Shown: positions 11,030 through 23,446, counted from the stretch's first letter. The stretch is 64,000 bases of DNA from Phoronis australis (GCA_002633005.1 NMRA01000560.1:137407-201406); one strand, 5' to 3'. Numbers and translations are program-made. The notes: generated by a model not told the origin, from the sequence alone.

Positions 11030-12137
11030 CACGCATTTTCCACCAACTTTGAAGACCTACTGTCGCCGATTCCAATACGGGACACACTCTCGACAGCCGG
11101 CCGGTATTGGAATCGCTCGGCGATCACACTTTCGGCTTCAAAATGACGCGATTGCAAGCCCCCAACATGTAAATATTTGTGTCAACCAATTTCAATTTAT
11201 ATTAAACATTGTGAAATGGTCTGCTCATAATTCGAAAGAGGCATTTTGTTGTTTTTTTTCCACACTTTAGGCGGTCCCTATCACCGTCGCAGGGATTCCC
11301 ATACGGGCCCGTATTCGAATGTGTGCTAATTAGTCGATTAAAATGTTTCAAAGGTAACAATTTCGAACCATTTGCATATAAATTGATATGAAATGACCAA
11401 CTAATGTCTTTCCTTGAACTTTTGCGTATTTTCCACCAACTTTAAAGGCCCACTGTCGCCGATTCCAATACGGGACACTCTCTCGGCAGCCGGCCCGTAT
11501 TGGAATCGCTCGGCGATCACACTTTCGGCTTCAAAATGACGCGAATGCAAGCTCCCAACATGTATATATTTGTGTCAACCAAAGTACAATTTAGATTAAA
11601 TATGGTAAAATGGTCTGATCATAATTTGAAAGAGGCATTTTGTTGTTTTTTTTCGACACTTTAAGGGGCCCCTATCACCGTCCCAGGGATTCCTATACGG
11701 ACCCGCATTAGAATGTGTGCTAATTAGTCAATTAAAATATTTCAAAGGTAACAATTTCGAACCATTTGCATATAAATTGATATGAAATGACCAACTAATC
11801 TCTTTCCTTGAACTTTTGCGTATTTCCCACCAATTTTAAAGGCCTACTGTCGCCGATTCCAATGCGGGATGCACTCTCGACAGCCACTACGTATTGGAAT
11901 CGCTCGGCGATCACACTTCCGGCTTCAAAATAACGCGAATGCAAGCTCCCAACATGTAAATATTTGTGCCAACCAAAGTACAATTTATATTAAAACTGTG
12001 AAATGGTCTTATCGTAATTCGAAAGAGGCATTTTGTTGTTTTTTTCGACACTTTAGGCGGTTCCTATCACTGTCGCAGGGCCCGTATTGGAATGTGTGCT
12101 AATTAGTCGATTAAAACGTTTCAAAGGTAACAATTTG
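11030..12137. repeat. ~394-bp tandem array, ~2.8 copies
   Basis: tgtcgccgattccaat at 11061, 11454, 11848; units carry the same attccaatacggg/cccgtattggaat motifs as the element ends. Confidence 0.92.
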
Positions 12138-14389
12138 AACTAACTGAACTTTGCAACTGAAAAATTCACGATAACAAATTACTTCAACTGTTTGTAATCA
12201 TTGTGACAAATTCAGAAAATGTCAATACAATTTTCTGGATAAGTTTGAATCATGATGACTATACATTACAAACATTGCCTTAACATGCTTCAAGGTATCT
12301 TTTGTCTTCAGGATTTGTGCAGACATCCATTGGTGACTCTAGTACCGTGCGCACCTGCAAGGATATTAAACCCTCATTTTGCAATTTCAACCAATCATAT
12401 TCATTCCCCTGCTAATGGAGGATTGGGCTCGCACTTGAGTAAGGAGGGTGGATTCAACAGAAAACACAAAATGATTCTTAGACAGTGGTCTGCCCTCACT
12501 GTTGTTGTGTACATGACCTAAAACATAAGCTTGGCGGTTCAAGATGCTTAGTAAGGGTTCCTAATTTTATCTTAACTTTTGAACATTGATGAGTCACAAC
12601 GCACTATTTTATGAGAAGTGTGTTAATATCCCAGTTTAGGAGCCTTTTAAATAACACACTTCATTATCCTGAACATGTGCATTGCATTTGCTCATCATTG
12701 GCATGGCAAAGAAAGTAGCTGTGGTTCGTAGACATTCTTATTATTAATCGTCCAAATGTGCATTAGAAGCAAAACTAGAAATTCATCTTCCATGCCTTTG
12801 ACTTGAAGATTCCCAGTCTGCAATTCTAGCCAATATTCTGAAAGATAAAGAAACTTTACATGTACATGTATGTGGTCAAAAAGTATCAAGAAAACCCAAT
12901 ATGTTGACATTAGAGAGCTTTAGATTTCATGAAAACCTTTTAGGTAATCAGCACCTTCCTTTCCTCAATCACTGGTTGAATCTCCGGTCTTCTCATCTCA
13001 TTACGGATGCTGAAGAAAACAGATTCAGTGTTTCATGTTCCAGAGAGTGCGTTATGGTATTTTGAATACAAATTCACTGCCCAGTCTTGCAATTGGAAAT
13101 CTTTGTTTAAAAAGCAGGTAGTGAATGAACTTAAGTCTTTTAAAATGTTAAGTTTTTGAGTAAGCACTCTCTTCCTACAAATTCAAGCATGATATTTCAA
13201 TCTTATACAGGAGGTTACGTACCTGGAAGTCAACCGGGTTGTCCACTAGGATGTCATAAGTGTTATGTACCTTGAAGTGAGGTTACGCTTCGACAGTACT
13301 TGAGTCTCTGCCAATGCCTTATCTGGAATAACATATGTTACAGAGCAATATATTGTATATGCAATCATAGATAAATGTTGAAGTGGAAATAAGTGTTCCA
13401 GAGTGCTGCAATGTAGAGTCTGATCTAGGATATTATGGTAGGAGCCCGCTTTTCATTTTGTCCCACCATAGATTATAGGCAACAGATTCACGACTCCGAC
13501 ATTTACACACGAAGTATCCCAGAGGAGGCACCACCCTCTCAACATAGCAAACTCAGGTTCCGTTAGTGTATTGTGGGGGGGAATTCTATTTTTTTCTGTC
13601 TACTACAATGAAAAAAATCAGCCCTGAAACGCTGTTCAAGGTCTTCCAATAGTAGAGTTCAGAAATTTAGAGTGGCACCGGCGTGCATTCAAGCTTAAAA
13701 TGAAACGTCTCACGGAGTTTGTAAACTGCTGCTGAAGTGCGAGACTGGCTTTTGAGTAGGAATGACGGTTATTTCTGGAGTATTAATATGAGGTTTACTT
13801 AAGAAGTTTACGTTTTACGAGCGTTCAACTTATTTAAACCCGGATGTGAGTTGGACAAAATCGCCGATCCAAATCCCGACACAATGACCGTGATTAACAA
13901 ACGACGTACTTGCGGCAAGTAAAGCATGCTATGTCTGCCAGGTGTCGCTAGTGAATCACAGTGTATGCGTAAGATCACAGATTTCGTCCACTGAAAATAT
14001 ATAGAGTTGGCGGTCCACCTACTATAGTCCATGGTCCCACCTCCCCTAAATCTGGCAGTACAATGATCAACAACACTAGGCAACATGAGAATTGTCACAA
14101 ACAAAAGAAATAACTTCTGAGTTATTTTTTCAATTTTTTTTATTGAGGCACACCTCGAAATACAACCTCCACAAAATTATTGTTATAGTATTGCGCTGTT
14201 CTTTGTGGACTCTACCAGTACCTATGGACTATCACATAACATTGTATGCTTTAAACCATGTTTCCTGTACTAGAGAGCTTCCTCTCTCTTCTTCCAGTTT
14301 GAGCCATATTGGAATAAACCACATATATACTGTTCCTAGTCAATCTGTGTTTATCTAGTGTCTATTATAACCATCCATAACATAACAGG

Positions 14390-14880
14390 TATATGTTTGA
14401 ACTCGAGTATAATGACGCAGAGTACGCACAGGCACAGCTTTTGAGAGGAATCAGGCAGAGACTGAGGACAGATGTGGTGGGAAGTCTTGGTGCAAATGCA
14501 CGGTGTGCACTGTAATGCCAACCTCAATGGAATGCCTATGCTGTTTCCACTGGATGGTCACCTGAGCACCCAAACCGCTTACATACCGCCATGTGACTCC
14601 TTCGCCACAAGTATACGTACACCTGGCACCTTCTAAATATCTCCAATATTTTACACAAGTCCACAATAAACTTAACAAATTTTGGCTCCCCGGCCTGTTC
14701 ACTGAACGACGAACTGTCCTCCTCACTGGGTGTCGAACTGCATGGGCCTGTATTCACTCCCACTACTCAACATCGCTACAGGGCTGCTTACAGGCACTGG
14801 GCTAGAGACAACAGCACACGGCGAATTACTGCTAGTTCCCCGAATTGTACGCTCTGTTTGAAAAAGGGCTGACGTATCCT
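14390..14880. mobile_element. internally deleted Kolobok remnant: KolX-like gene (+, 14390-14600) convergent with transposase fragment (-, ~14600-14880)
   Basis: + strand YMFELEYNDAE...WCKCTVCTVMPTSMECLCC...NR-YRHV; - strand EPKF(VKF)IVDLCKILEIFRRC; frameshifted. Confidence 0.7.
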
Positions 14881-16278
14881 AATCAACCAAAGATCCAGAG
14901 AATCCATCAAAGAACTCCAAGACTGAGTTCAATGTGAAGAACTTAAAAATCAGTCACAAGAGGGCAAAGCGATAGTCGCATCGGTAAAAAACTCTTTGAC
15001 ATCAGTCGACAGCTTCACAGGAATTTCTACCACGCCGTCTTGACTGGCCGTAGAGATGAGACTCCTCTAAGAGCTTCATATGCCAGATGATAATCGGCGA
15101 ATAATGCCTCAGTCAGATCTAGGATGTCGTAATGGGGGTAAGGTAATTTTCAGTCAATTGAATCATGCATGGCACTGAATGGCAATGGTAGTTTATTCAT
15201 TTTTCAATAAACATAACCCAATTTCAATCTGTGAACAGCAAAACAAATTCATCGGCGTCAGGGATCACTTAATTGGATGTAACTTAAATAATCATTCTGT
15301 TTTTATATTCCCAGAGTACACACAAGGTGTTAATGACAGTCATTGCTATAAGATTCTGAGGACGGGTATTCTTTCTGCCAATGAACCACTTTAACTGCCC
15401 TTTTAGAATCCGTCTTCAGCAATATTAGCACAGGATTCTTGAACAGGCATCTTCAGCTTCTGATCTTTCCCAATACACAACATATATTTAGTACTTTCCG
15501 GTATATTCAGTGTAATGGGGGCGACCACAAGCTGAGGACACCTGTGAATTCTTGCATATTTCTGTCAGAGACGGAACCGGCTGTTGTTAGCCTTCACAGC
15601 TCCCGCCAGCAACACATTTGTCCATGTTTTCACGGCGTATGCCCACCTTTATAACTTAACTGATGAGATAAATCACAAAAGTAGACAACAAATACACAGA
15701 TAAAAATTAAAACCAGCAGTAAGGAAGAGGACTGATAAGCTGATAAACTTGTCGAGAAAATTAAGTCTGTAACGGTGCAACACATGTGTCTAATAACACT
15801 AAGAAACAGAATAACAACCTGTAGAAAAGAATCCCTGATTAAACCTAACACAATTCTGGTTTAAAATACCTTATATCTCACGAATTAAACACAAGAAATC
15901 CTGCACACTTAAACACACCAAGAGCAACGAAACGACAGCGCTCGCTTATTCCAATACGGGCCAGAAACTACTTCCCGTATTGGAATGATGACGTCATTCC
16001 AATACGGGCCAGATTTCAATACGGGTCGGAGCATCCATACTCGGACCATGAACCCTTCCATTTCCAGTTTATAAGCGCGCCACTGACTGCAACTCGTACT
16101 CTTGCAGGCCAAAGTGCACTAACACATCGTTAAATACAGTCGTCAACCAACCCGGTGACACTTTGACCAAGAGCCATCAATACCTAACTGACCGACGCGT
16201 TTCCTCGGGCAAACTGAAGTATAATCTATTTAAATGAACACGGTTGAGGTGATATAATGATGAATAAGTGCATTTCAG

Positions 16279-16473
16279 AGGGAATCCGATATCGAGTGGA
16301 AGTTTGCTCGTTCTCAGCTGTACATGGATTACATAACCAAAGGTAATACCTTGCCCGCACCACTCAACATCATCCCATCACCATACGCCATCTATAGATT
16401 CGTGCGAAGAAGTTGTGGAAATGTTTGCTGCAAGCGAAAGCCACTACCGAAAGACTTGCCCGCTAATGAAGAA
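16279..16473 (+). CDS. TRPC: TRPC exon (TRP box)
   Basis: tttcag|AGG...GAA|gtaagc; SDIEWKFARSQLYMDYITKGNTLPAPLNIIPSP (EWKFAR and LPxPxNIIPSP). Confidence 0.96.
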
Positions 16474-17221
16474 GTAAGCCAGCCAGTAGAAAGCACTAAT
16501 ATACAGTTTTCCAAAGATTAGAACTGTACACTGTAGGTGTATTCGCTAGTAGATTATGGCACAGTCGTAAATGCACTGTCTTGTGCTGCTGGCGCCAACT
16601 CGCGGGCATCACACTCTGCTGTGTAGGCTACACTTAACTGAGTTCATCAATTGGCCTACCCTGTGGCTTCATCATCCGTCTGTCGTGATTCAGTGACCCT
16701 GTTCTTGTGATTGCTCTGAATGTAAAAGCATGTGTCGTGGCTTAAACAGAAATCTAGTATGCTTATAGGTGTAAAAATACATGCATATATTGCAGGTAGG
16801 ATGGACTACTGATGTTGTTGTACCGCATATGCACACCCGAAGCCAATTTCCTATACACTTTCATTAAACGCCGTTGTGTAGTGCAAGATACGTTCATGCC
16901 ATTTAATTTTTCAGCCACATGTAGTCATGACAGATTTGAACTCTTTAAAATACTCCAAAGATGGAATGGAGAATGTCTTGATTACCGGAAAGGATTCATC
17001 ACGGAAGGACTCTTATAGACCGCTAGAGGTCAGTGTCGTCTTGCTTTCACGATCGTCCAACGAAACACTGACCTGGAAATGATGAGTAAAATATAAATCA
17101 AAACTTCTGTAGACTCAGTGGGATATTTCCCCCATGTTGGGATTGATCCAGCGAAAATTGCACCTCCGTCCGCCGGTTTTCCTAAAAAACAACTACTCCC
17201 GTCTTCCTTACCTCTTCTCAC

Positions 17222-17295
17222 TCTCCCTCCCTCCGTCCCTCCCTCCCTCCCTCCGTCCCTCCCTCCCTCGCTCCCTCCCTCCTTCCCTCCCTCGC
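17222..17295. repeat. (CCCT)n microsatellite running into the gap
   Basis: visible ccct/ccgt units; (TC)n on the far side of the gap. Confidence 0.95.
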
Positions 17296-17991
17296 NNNNN
17301 NNNNNNNNNNNNNNNNNNNNNNNNNNNNNNNNNNNNNNNNNNNNNNNNNNNNNNNNNNNNNNNNNNNNNNNNNNNNNNNNNNNNNNNNNNNNNNNNNNNN
17401 NNNNNNNNNNNNNNNNNNNNNNNNNNNNNNNNNNNNNNNNNNNNNNNNNNNNNNNNNNNNNNNNNNNNNNNNNNNNNNNNNNNNNNNNNNNNNNNNNNNN
17501 NNNNNNNNNNNNNNNNNNNNNNNNNNNNNNNNNNNNNNNNNNNNNNNNNNNNNNNNNNNNNNNNNNNNNNNNNNNNNNNNNNNNNNNNNNNNNNNNNNNN
17601 NNNNNNNNNNNNNNNNNNNNNNNNNNNNNNNNNNNNNNNNNNNNNNNNNNNNNNNNNNNNNNNNNNNNNNNNNNNNNNNNNNNNNNNNNNNNNNNNNNNN
17701 NNNNNNNNNNNNNNNNNNNNNNNNNNNNNNNNNNNNNNNNNNNNNNNNNNNNNNNNNNNNNNNNNNNNNNNNNNNNNNNNNNNNNNNNNNNNNNNNNNNN
17801 NNNNNNNNNNNNNNNNNNNNNNNNNNNNNNNNNNNNNNNNNNNNNNNNNNNNNNNNNNNNNNNNNNNNNNNNNNNNNNNNNNNNNNNNNNNNNNNNNNNN
17901 NNNNNNNNNNNNNNNNNNNNNNNNNNNNNNNNNNNNNNNNNNNNNNNNNNNNNNNNNNNNNNNNNNNNNNNNNNNNNNNNNNNNNNNNNNN
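17296..17991. other. assembly gap
   Basis: run of N. Confidence 1.
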
Positions 17992-18749
17992 NTCTCTCTC
18001 TCTCTCCCCCCCCTTCGGACACTGTATCGACTGAGCGTCCGATGTTTGCTCCTGCGGAGTTTAAACCAGTCTCATTAGCCTTGCATTGCTGAGACCTGCG
18101 CTTCCTATGTAGGTATCTCCGCATTCGTCACCATTGCACAAAATACTTTTGTCCAGAGGTTTTGATTTATAATTTAACGACTGTGTTCTTCACCTGTATG
18201 AACTATAACGTGCCTCATCTACTGACCTATACAGACACCATAAGATCTTGTCACGTCTGCGTTAACATAAGAACGTCGTGTAGCGTACGGTTTCAAGTTT
18301 GCTTTTCTTCATTGTCAAAACAGGGAAACTTTGCTTTTGATTTTTATGCAAATATAACGAACAAATTCAGAGTTGCTTGGACTGTGAAACTCTTATAGTT
18401 TGAAACGGGGCGACCTTGTGTAAAGATACATTACAGTTATTGAAATATATCCAAAATCAGGACGTTTTGTATGTTTATATTTTTAGCCTGGGTATAGCAG
18501 CGACGTCGTTAATTTTGTTGGCACGTTTACCCACATGCTTTGACTCTTCTGCTTGGCTTTTGCATGACAATTTCATTTGCTGTGAATTACTACGCCCATG
18601 GCATGGCCAGTTTTGTTCCCTTGTTAGTGACCCTTGATGTGAGTGAACTTTGCTTTAGCATGTGACGTTTCTTAACCAAGTGAGCTGATCATTTGTCAGA
18701 ACCGATAAATCCATATGCTTACGGATAGCTCTTTGTCTTGTTTAATCAG

Positions 18750-18881
18750 GGTCAGAGTAATCTTGGTTTGCATGCTGTTGATGACTCGCGCCAGGAAGAG
18801 GCTGTTCTTCCCGTTTGTGGTGACCCTCGTTGTGACAGGCAAGATATGAGAAGCGTGTCTGTCACTACAAAACGCTACCAA
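18750..18881 (+). CDS. TRPC: TRPC exon (variable C-terminal region)
   Basis: aatcag|GGT...CAA|gtgagt; phase 0 both sides, ends in KRYQ which joins IVMKSIIKRHIF (YQxVMKxLIKRY-type rib helix). Confidence 0.75.
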
Positions 18882-19305
18882 GTGAGTCATGCGTTTGCTT
18901 GTACAGGTGTGTTTGTGAAATGGACGAGTAGCGATAGAAAGCTTGAATTGTTCCTTTTAGATAAGTGACCAGCAACCGTGGTCTCTCCGAAAGCACGTAG
19001 ATTTATGATTTTGCTAACTTGATTGCAGTAATATAAGTTCACCTTTGATTTCTGTACGTTAATGACAGCTAACGTCGGCGACGTAAACTTTATATACAAG
19101 CCAGATGGCAACAGTGGGAATCGTTGACTGCACTATATTGAAATCTTCACTCACACATTTACTTGATTTGCATTAATTTATTCGTTTGACTACACTCAAC
19201 CTTTTCTGCATTGAATGTTTTTGATATTTGACTAAACACAAATCATTGCTTTCATGTACCAACTAATTAGTAATTTATGACCTCAAATATTGTTCTATCT
19301 TTTAG

Positions 19306-19369
19306 ATTGTTATGAAAAGTATCATAAAAAGGCACATCTTTAAAAGTGAATACGAGGACATGTCTACAG
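19306..19369 (+). CDS. TRPC: TRPC exon (rib helix/CIRB region)
   Basis: ttttag|ATT...ACA G|gtgaga; IVMKSIIKRHIFKSEYEDMST. Confidence 0.85.
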
Positions 19370-19544
19370 GTGAGAAGTACTCGGTTTCCTAAAAGTTAGT
19401 TGTCAGCATTTTGAGTTCCAGTAGGGAGCGGGCACGTGCCACTCACCCAATAATTTGTAACCTGGGACAAATGAGCGCCAAAGCTTCTTGACGATGGGGC
19501 TAGGGGCGAAATGAGAGATTCGCACGTGGCGATTAATGGGAAGC

Positions 19545-19695
19545 AGGGGCGAATCTAGGATTTTGAGTGGGGGGCAGGGCATAGTATTAGCCAGGATGTT
19601 GCTAGCCAGACATTCGCACCCCCAAACTGTCAAATGGATTCTGGGAGAATTTCAGGGGACCATGGCCTCCTTGCCGCCCCTCTAATACGCCACTG
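19545..19695. mobile_element. MITE with CAG(T/G)GGCG termini
   Basis: caggggcgaatctagg ... taatacgccactg; same style as 36328, 46558, 54451. Confidence 0.55.
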
Positions 19696-19962
19696 GGGGG
19701 CGTGACGTAATGGCTAGCGGTTGGCGACCAGGGTAGAGATTTTGTTGAGATTGAATGTGTATATGCTCTTTCAACGATCTAAGATGTGTACGCGTTGACC
19801 ACAAGGCAGAAGTACTACAATTGTTGCACAAATTACTGCTGCCAATCTTGGTGACTTGCTATCTATCTTGGCGTTTTCAGTAAATTTTGCAAAGTTAAAC
19901 TACAAAGATAAGCCGGCTTTTTGACAATGTCCAATTCAGCATGTTGTAATTGCTTGTTTTAG

Positions 19963-20453
19963 GGGTTACCATGGAAGAACTTAAGCAGGATATCTCTAGC
20001 TTTAGATTTGAGACCTTGAATTCCCTTCATGTGGCACCATCCAGTAACGAAAGAAGTAGTCTTTCCAAGAGATTGCAAATCTTAGAAAGTGCAGTAGACA
20101 GCACCAGGACATCTCTCGAAACAATGCACGACAAACTGAACCACTTACTCATCAGACAAGCTAAGCAGATGGGGGAACTTACACCTTCTTTAGAAAATCT
20201 GTTAGAACAACCGACGTCCAGTACCAGTAAGAGAAATGGCGGCAAACGTTGCTGGCACAAATTGCGTTCTCGCGTGCTGGAAGATACGAACGCTGATGAA
20301 GCAATTTTGGAGGATGACGAGGATTCCGGAATGTTTTACTTGACTGACGAAAACGAAAAAGACGGTCAATCACCGAAAAGAAGCAACTTGAACAAAAAGC
20401 ATCTGCGCATTTCTGTTCCCAGTGATACTCCATCAAAGGAGGCATACGTGTGA
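19963..20453 (+). CDS. TRPC: TRPC terminal coding exon (C-terminal coiled coil)
   Basis: ttttag|GG GTT ACC; VTMEELKQDISSFRFE then TGA; 12 exons sum to 2712 nt with all phases compatible. Confidence 0.93.
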
Positions 20454-20650
20454 TAGCATGGCTTCAAAATGGGATCTGTGATAGAAGCATTAATTAGGTG
20501 TCATAAATCTGCTCTAATACGACTTGCTTGTTAAGTCCACCCTATCATGTCGCACTGGATGCCATGTTGACATCACAAGATCAGTTGCATAATTGTTTTC
20601 ATAGTATTGTGTGTCTCTGCAAACCACTCTCAAAACCTTTTGCCAGTGAA

Positions 20651-20656
20651 AATAAA
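20651..20656 (+). promoter_or_regulatory. candidate polyadenylation signal of TRPC
   Basis: first AATAAA about 200 nt after the stop codon; position only. Confidence 0.35.
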
Positions 20657-21159
20657 TGAATACTTGGACGACGGAGTGATACTACATGTGAGGAATAATA
20701 CTCGGCAGTATACCTGTAAGTATTTGAATAAATAATACCTCAAGTGAAGATAGTTGTATTTACAATGTCAATAAGAGCAAAATATTTCAATAGTAGTTTT
20801 TCGTCAAGCTTAATTTATGTAATGCATACAGAGGTATATTGTTACGTCAGACTTTCACGGAGACGCACTCATTCGTTACAGTCAGCTTATTGCTAGATAT
20901 TGGAATTAAATTGGTATTCGAAGCAAGTCGCTGGGGTTTGTCGGCTTCAGCATAGAATGAAATATTCCATGTCAACACAAACAAGCGATATCCATGCACG
21001 GTGTACTACTTTAGCAGATTCCAAGTATCTCTTGAGCGATCAATTTTTTCAATTGAAGTCGCCAGGACACTGGATTCGAAAATTATCCATGTCTTAGTCT
21101 TTCTGAGAGGCACAGTCATGGCTTTGATGACATCAGACTGGTTGGATACATACGTATTC

Positions 21160-21853
21160 CTAATTTCTAGAGTTTCTTAAGTTGTAAATTACAAGCCGTA
21201 GTGCTGTATATGCTGTCACTATCGCGTCTCGAGTACGACTTTTGACTTTTAAGTCTTCAAAGACGTACATGTACAGTCTGGTTTGATTCACCTTGTGCAC
21301 CATACCTCGGATGAGTGCGTAAAATATTTCATACTTGCGATAGTCTTCAGTGGGTGCAGTTGGTGTATAAACTTCGACCTAACTACATGGTGGCAAAACC
21401 CAAACAATAAACCATCTATGGTCTTTTTAGCTACGACGCTCTTCAACCAACCATGGGCTGCACCGACATTCACTGTGAAAGGGATTAATTCATTTCACGA
21501 AGGTTACATCCGCTCTTGGCAGTTCCACCGCCTGAGCTCAGACGCCTTGGCTCAGACGATGGCCATCCAACTCAAGGTCGCCACAACCTGGAAGCTTTTT
21601 CAGTAAATTGTACCTCGCGCAGAATTAATCAACAAAGCCACGATGCTATAACTGTATGTTGAGCATAAAAGGATGCCTTGGCCTTCGATACCTTTAAATC
21701 CCTCCAACTCCTGCAAATACTTCTTTAAGATTTTGGGAACATTCGTCAACAAGTCGTTTTGTCCAGGTGTGGCCGAGTTTCAAGTACTAGCGAACTCTGG
21801 TGGATCATCAGTGTATTGCCTTGGCAATTTGCATTTGCTCACTTCCGAGTTCA
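21160..21853 (-). pseudogene. decayed two-exon gene of unknown family (possibly helical cytokine-like)
   Basis: open 73-codon terminal exon 21378-21160 after ttag|, upstream segment with GAT|gt donor near 21505 but containing stops and a frameshift. Confidence 0.35.
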
Positions 21854-22471
21854 TGGAGTCAGAACTCGATGTGATTAAAAAGTACACGCTATACACATGC
21901 GCGGTGGTGTAATGAAAAAGAAAATGAATGACTCAGTTCAAGAATTCGTTGTCGCAGCAAAGCACTATTCAAACAATGTTAACTGCTTGAATATTTGTTC
22001 GACTTGGGAGGATTTAAGACTCCAACTGCCTCCACAGGTGTCCATCTACAATTGAAAGGCACACGAATTTTTAATAAAATGTAGTAAAAAAACAAAATGT
22101 AGTTTCACATTATTCTAATTTGTCATTTCTGAGATATAACGTTGAGAATTTAACATTTTTGCTAGGGTTATACATAATTTTAAGGCATGAGCGTTTGCCA
22201 CCTGATTTAGTGCCTAACCCGAGACTAGCGCAAAGTGATCGCCTTGAACTCATATGATGTCCGTTAGCGTTCATCAGAGAAGATTTAGACGCATGTGACG
22301 GCAGGTAAAACACTTTCGGGGAAAAGACCTCATTTCGGATACAGGCCCGTATAGTACATGTAGGCCAAAATAAGCGTGTACAAGGGTGGCAGTTTCAATT
22401 CTGAGCTCGCACTTTCAATGGAGCAAGGTAGGCGGGACGCATACAACTGGGCACGTGCTCGCCTTGTTTAA

Positions 22472-23196
22472 AGCACAGGCGTCCTTAGCTTCTGATCGTC
22501 CCCAATACACTATGTAATACTACAAGGTATGACACTTCGGACTAGAAATTCCACGGGTGCTTCACTGACTTCAGCCTTCCATAGCAAACACAAACTTAAT
22601 GAATTTACACAAAACAAGTTCAACAAACCGTGAGGAATTGATCTTTCTCCCAATGCCATTTACAGTATTCTGCTCCAACGAGTTCGCAAGAAATTCGCGG
22701 TCAAAGCACAAAAATTTCCCAAAAAGCCCTCACATGGAGCCTCCTTGGACGGTTCGAGGTCAAGGACGGTACGGAATTATCCGATGAGTTACGGATGTAC
22801 GGCAATTGCCGGTTCATCACGGAAGGTTACGAATGGTCTGGCTTTGTGTGGAGTTATCGATGTCGTGGCACTCCGTGAAAAATCGGCAATTGCCGAACAG
22901 TACTAGACCCCGAACCGTCCAAAGAGGCTCGATGCGTGGGCTTTTTGGGAACATTTTGGGCTGTGACTGCGAATTTGTTGTGATCACGCTGGAGTAGGAC
23001 ACCGTGAATGGTATTGGAAATGAGAACAATTGCTAATGGTTTGTTGAAACCTTGTTTTGTGTAAATTTGTTGAGTTTTGTGTTTGATAAGGACGGCTGAA
23101 GTGAAGCACCATTGGAATTTCTAGTCCGAAGTGTCATACCTTGTGGTATTATATATAGTGTATTGGAGACGATCAGAAGCTGAGGACGCCTGTCGT
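22472..23196. mobile_element. 725-bp foldback non-autonomous element with TTAA duplication (Kolobok-type)
   Basis: ttaa|agcacaggcgtcc...ggacgcctgtcgt|ttaa; arms alignable for ~300 bp. Confidence 0.9.
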
Positions 23197-23446
23197 TTAA
23201 AGGTAAGATTCAATGGCAGAAGGGACACTGAGTCTAAGTGGCCGGTGCAACGTAAATAATGAGTTCAGTTTCCTAGTGTTATTTGAAAAGACTGAGAACA
23301 GAGAGGTGATCGGTAGCACGGCTACCAAATCTTGGGTTATGGATAGACACTTCATTAGTGGCGACTGTAGTTTGCTACAGTTCTTCTGAAGTCAACAGAT
23401 ATCCGGGATTTGGCTTGGAAAGTTGTAGTTCGCGACATGACAAGTC

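Larger units (their letters stand above)
10640..16032. mobile_element. 5.4-kb TIR DNA element in TRPC intron
   Basis: left gttccggcccgtattg vs revcomp right gctccgacccgtattg (14/16), clustered CCCGTATTGGAAT subterminal motifs at both ends, ATCCAT directly repeated outside both ends. Confidence 0.8.

Noticed and set aside
11030-12137. Recurring palindromic motifs suggestive of a CRISPR array
   Set aside because: The sequence between motifs is itself repeated (394-bp tandem units); no unique spacers, no cas genes, eukaryotic context.
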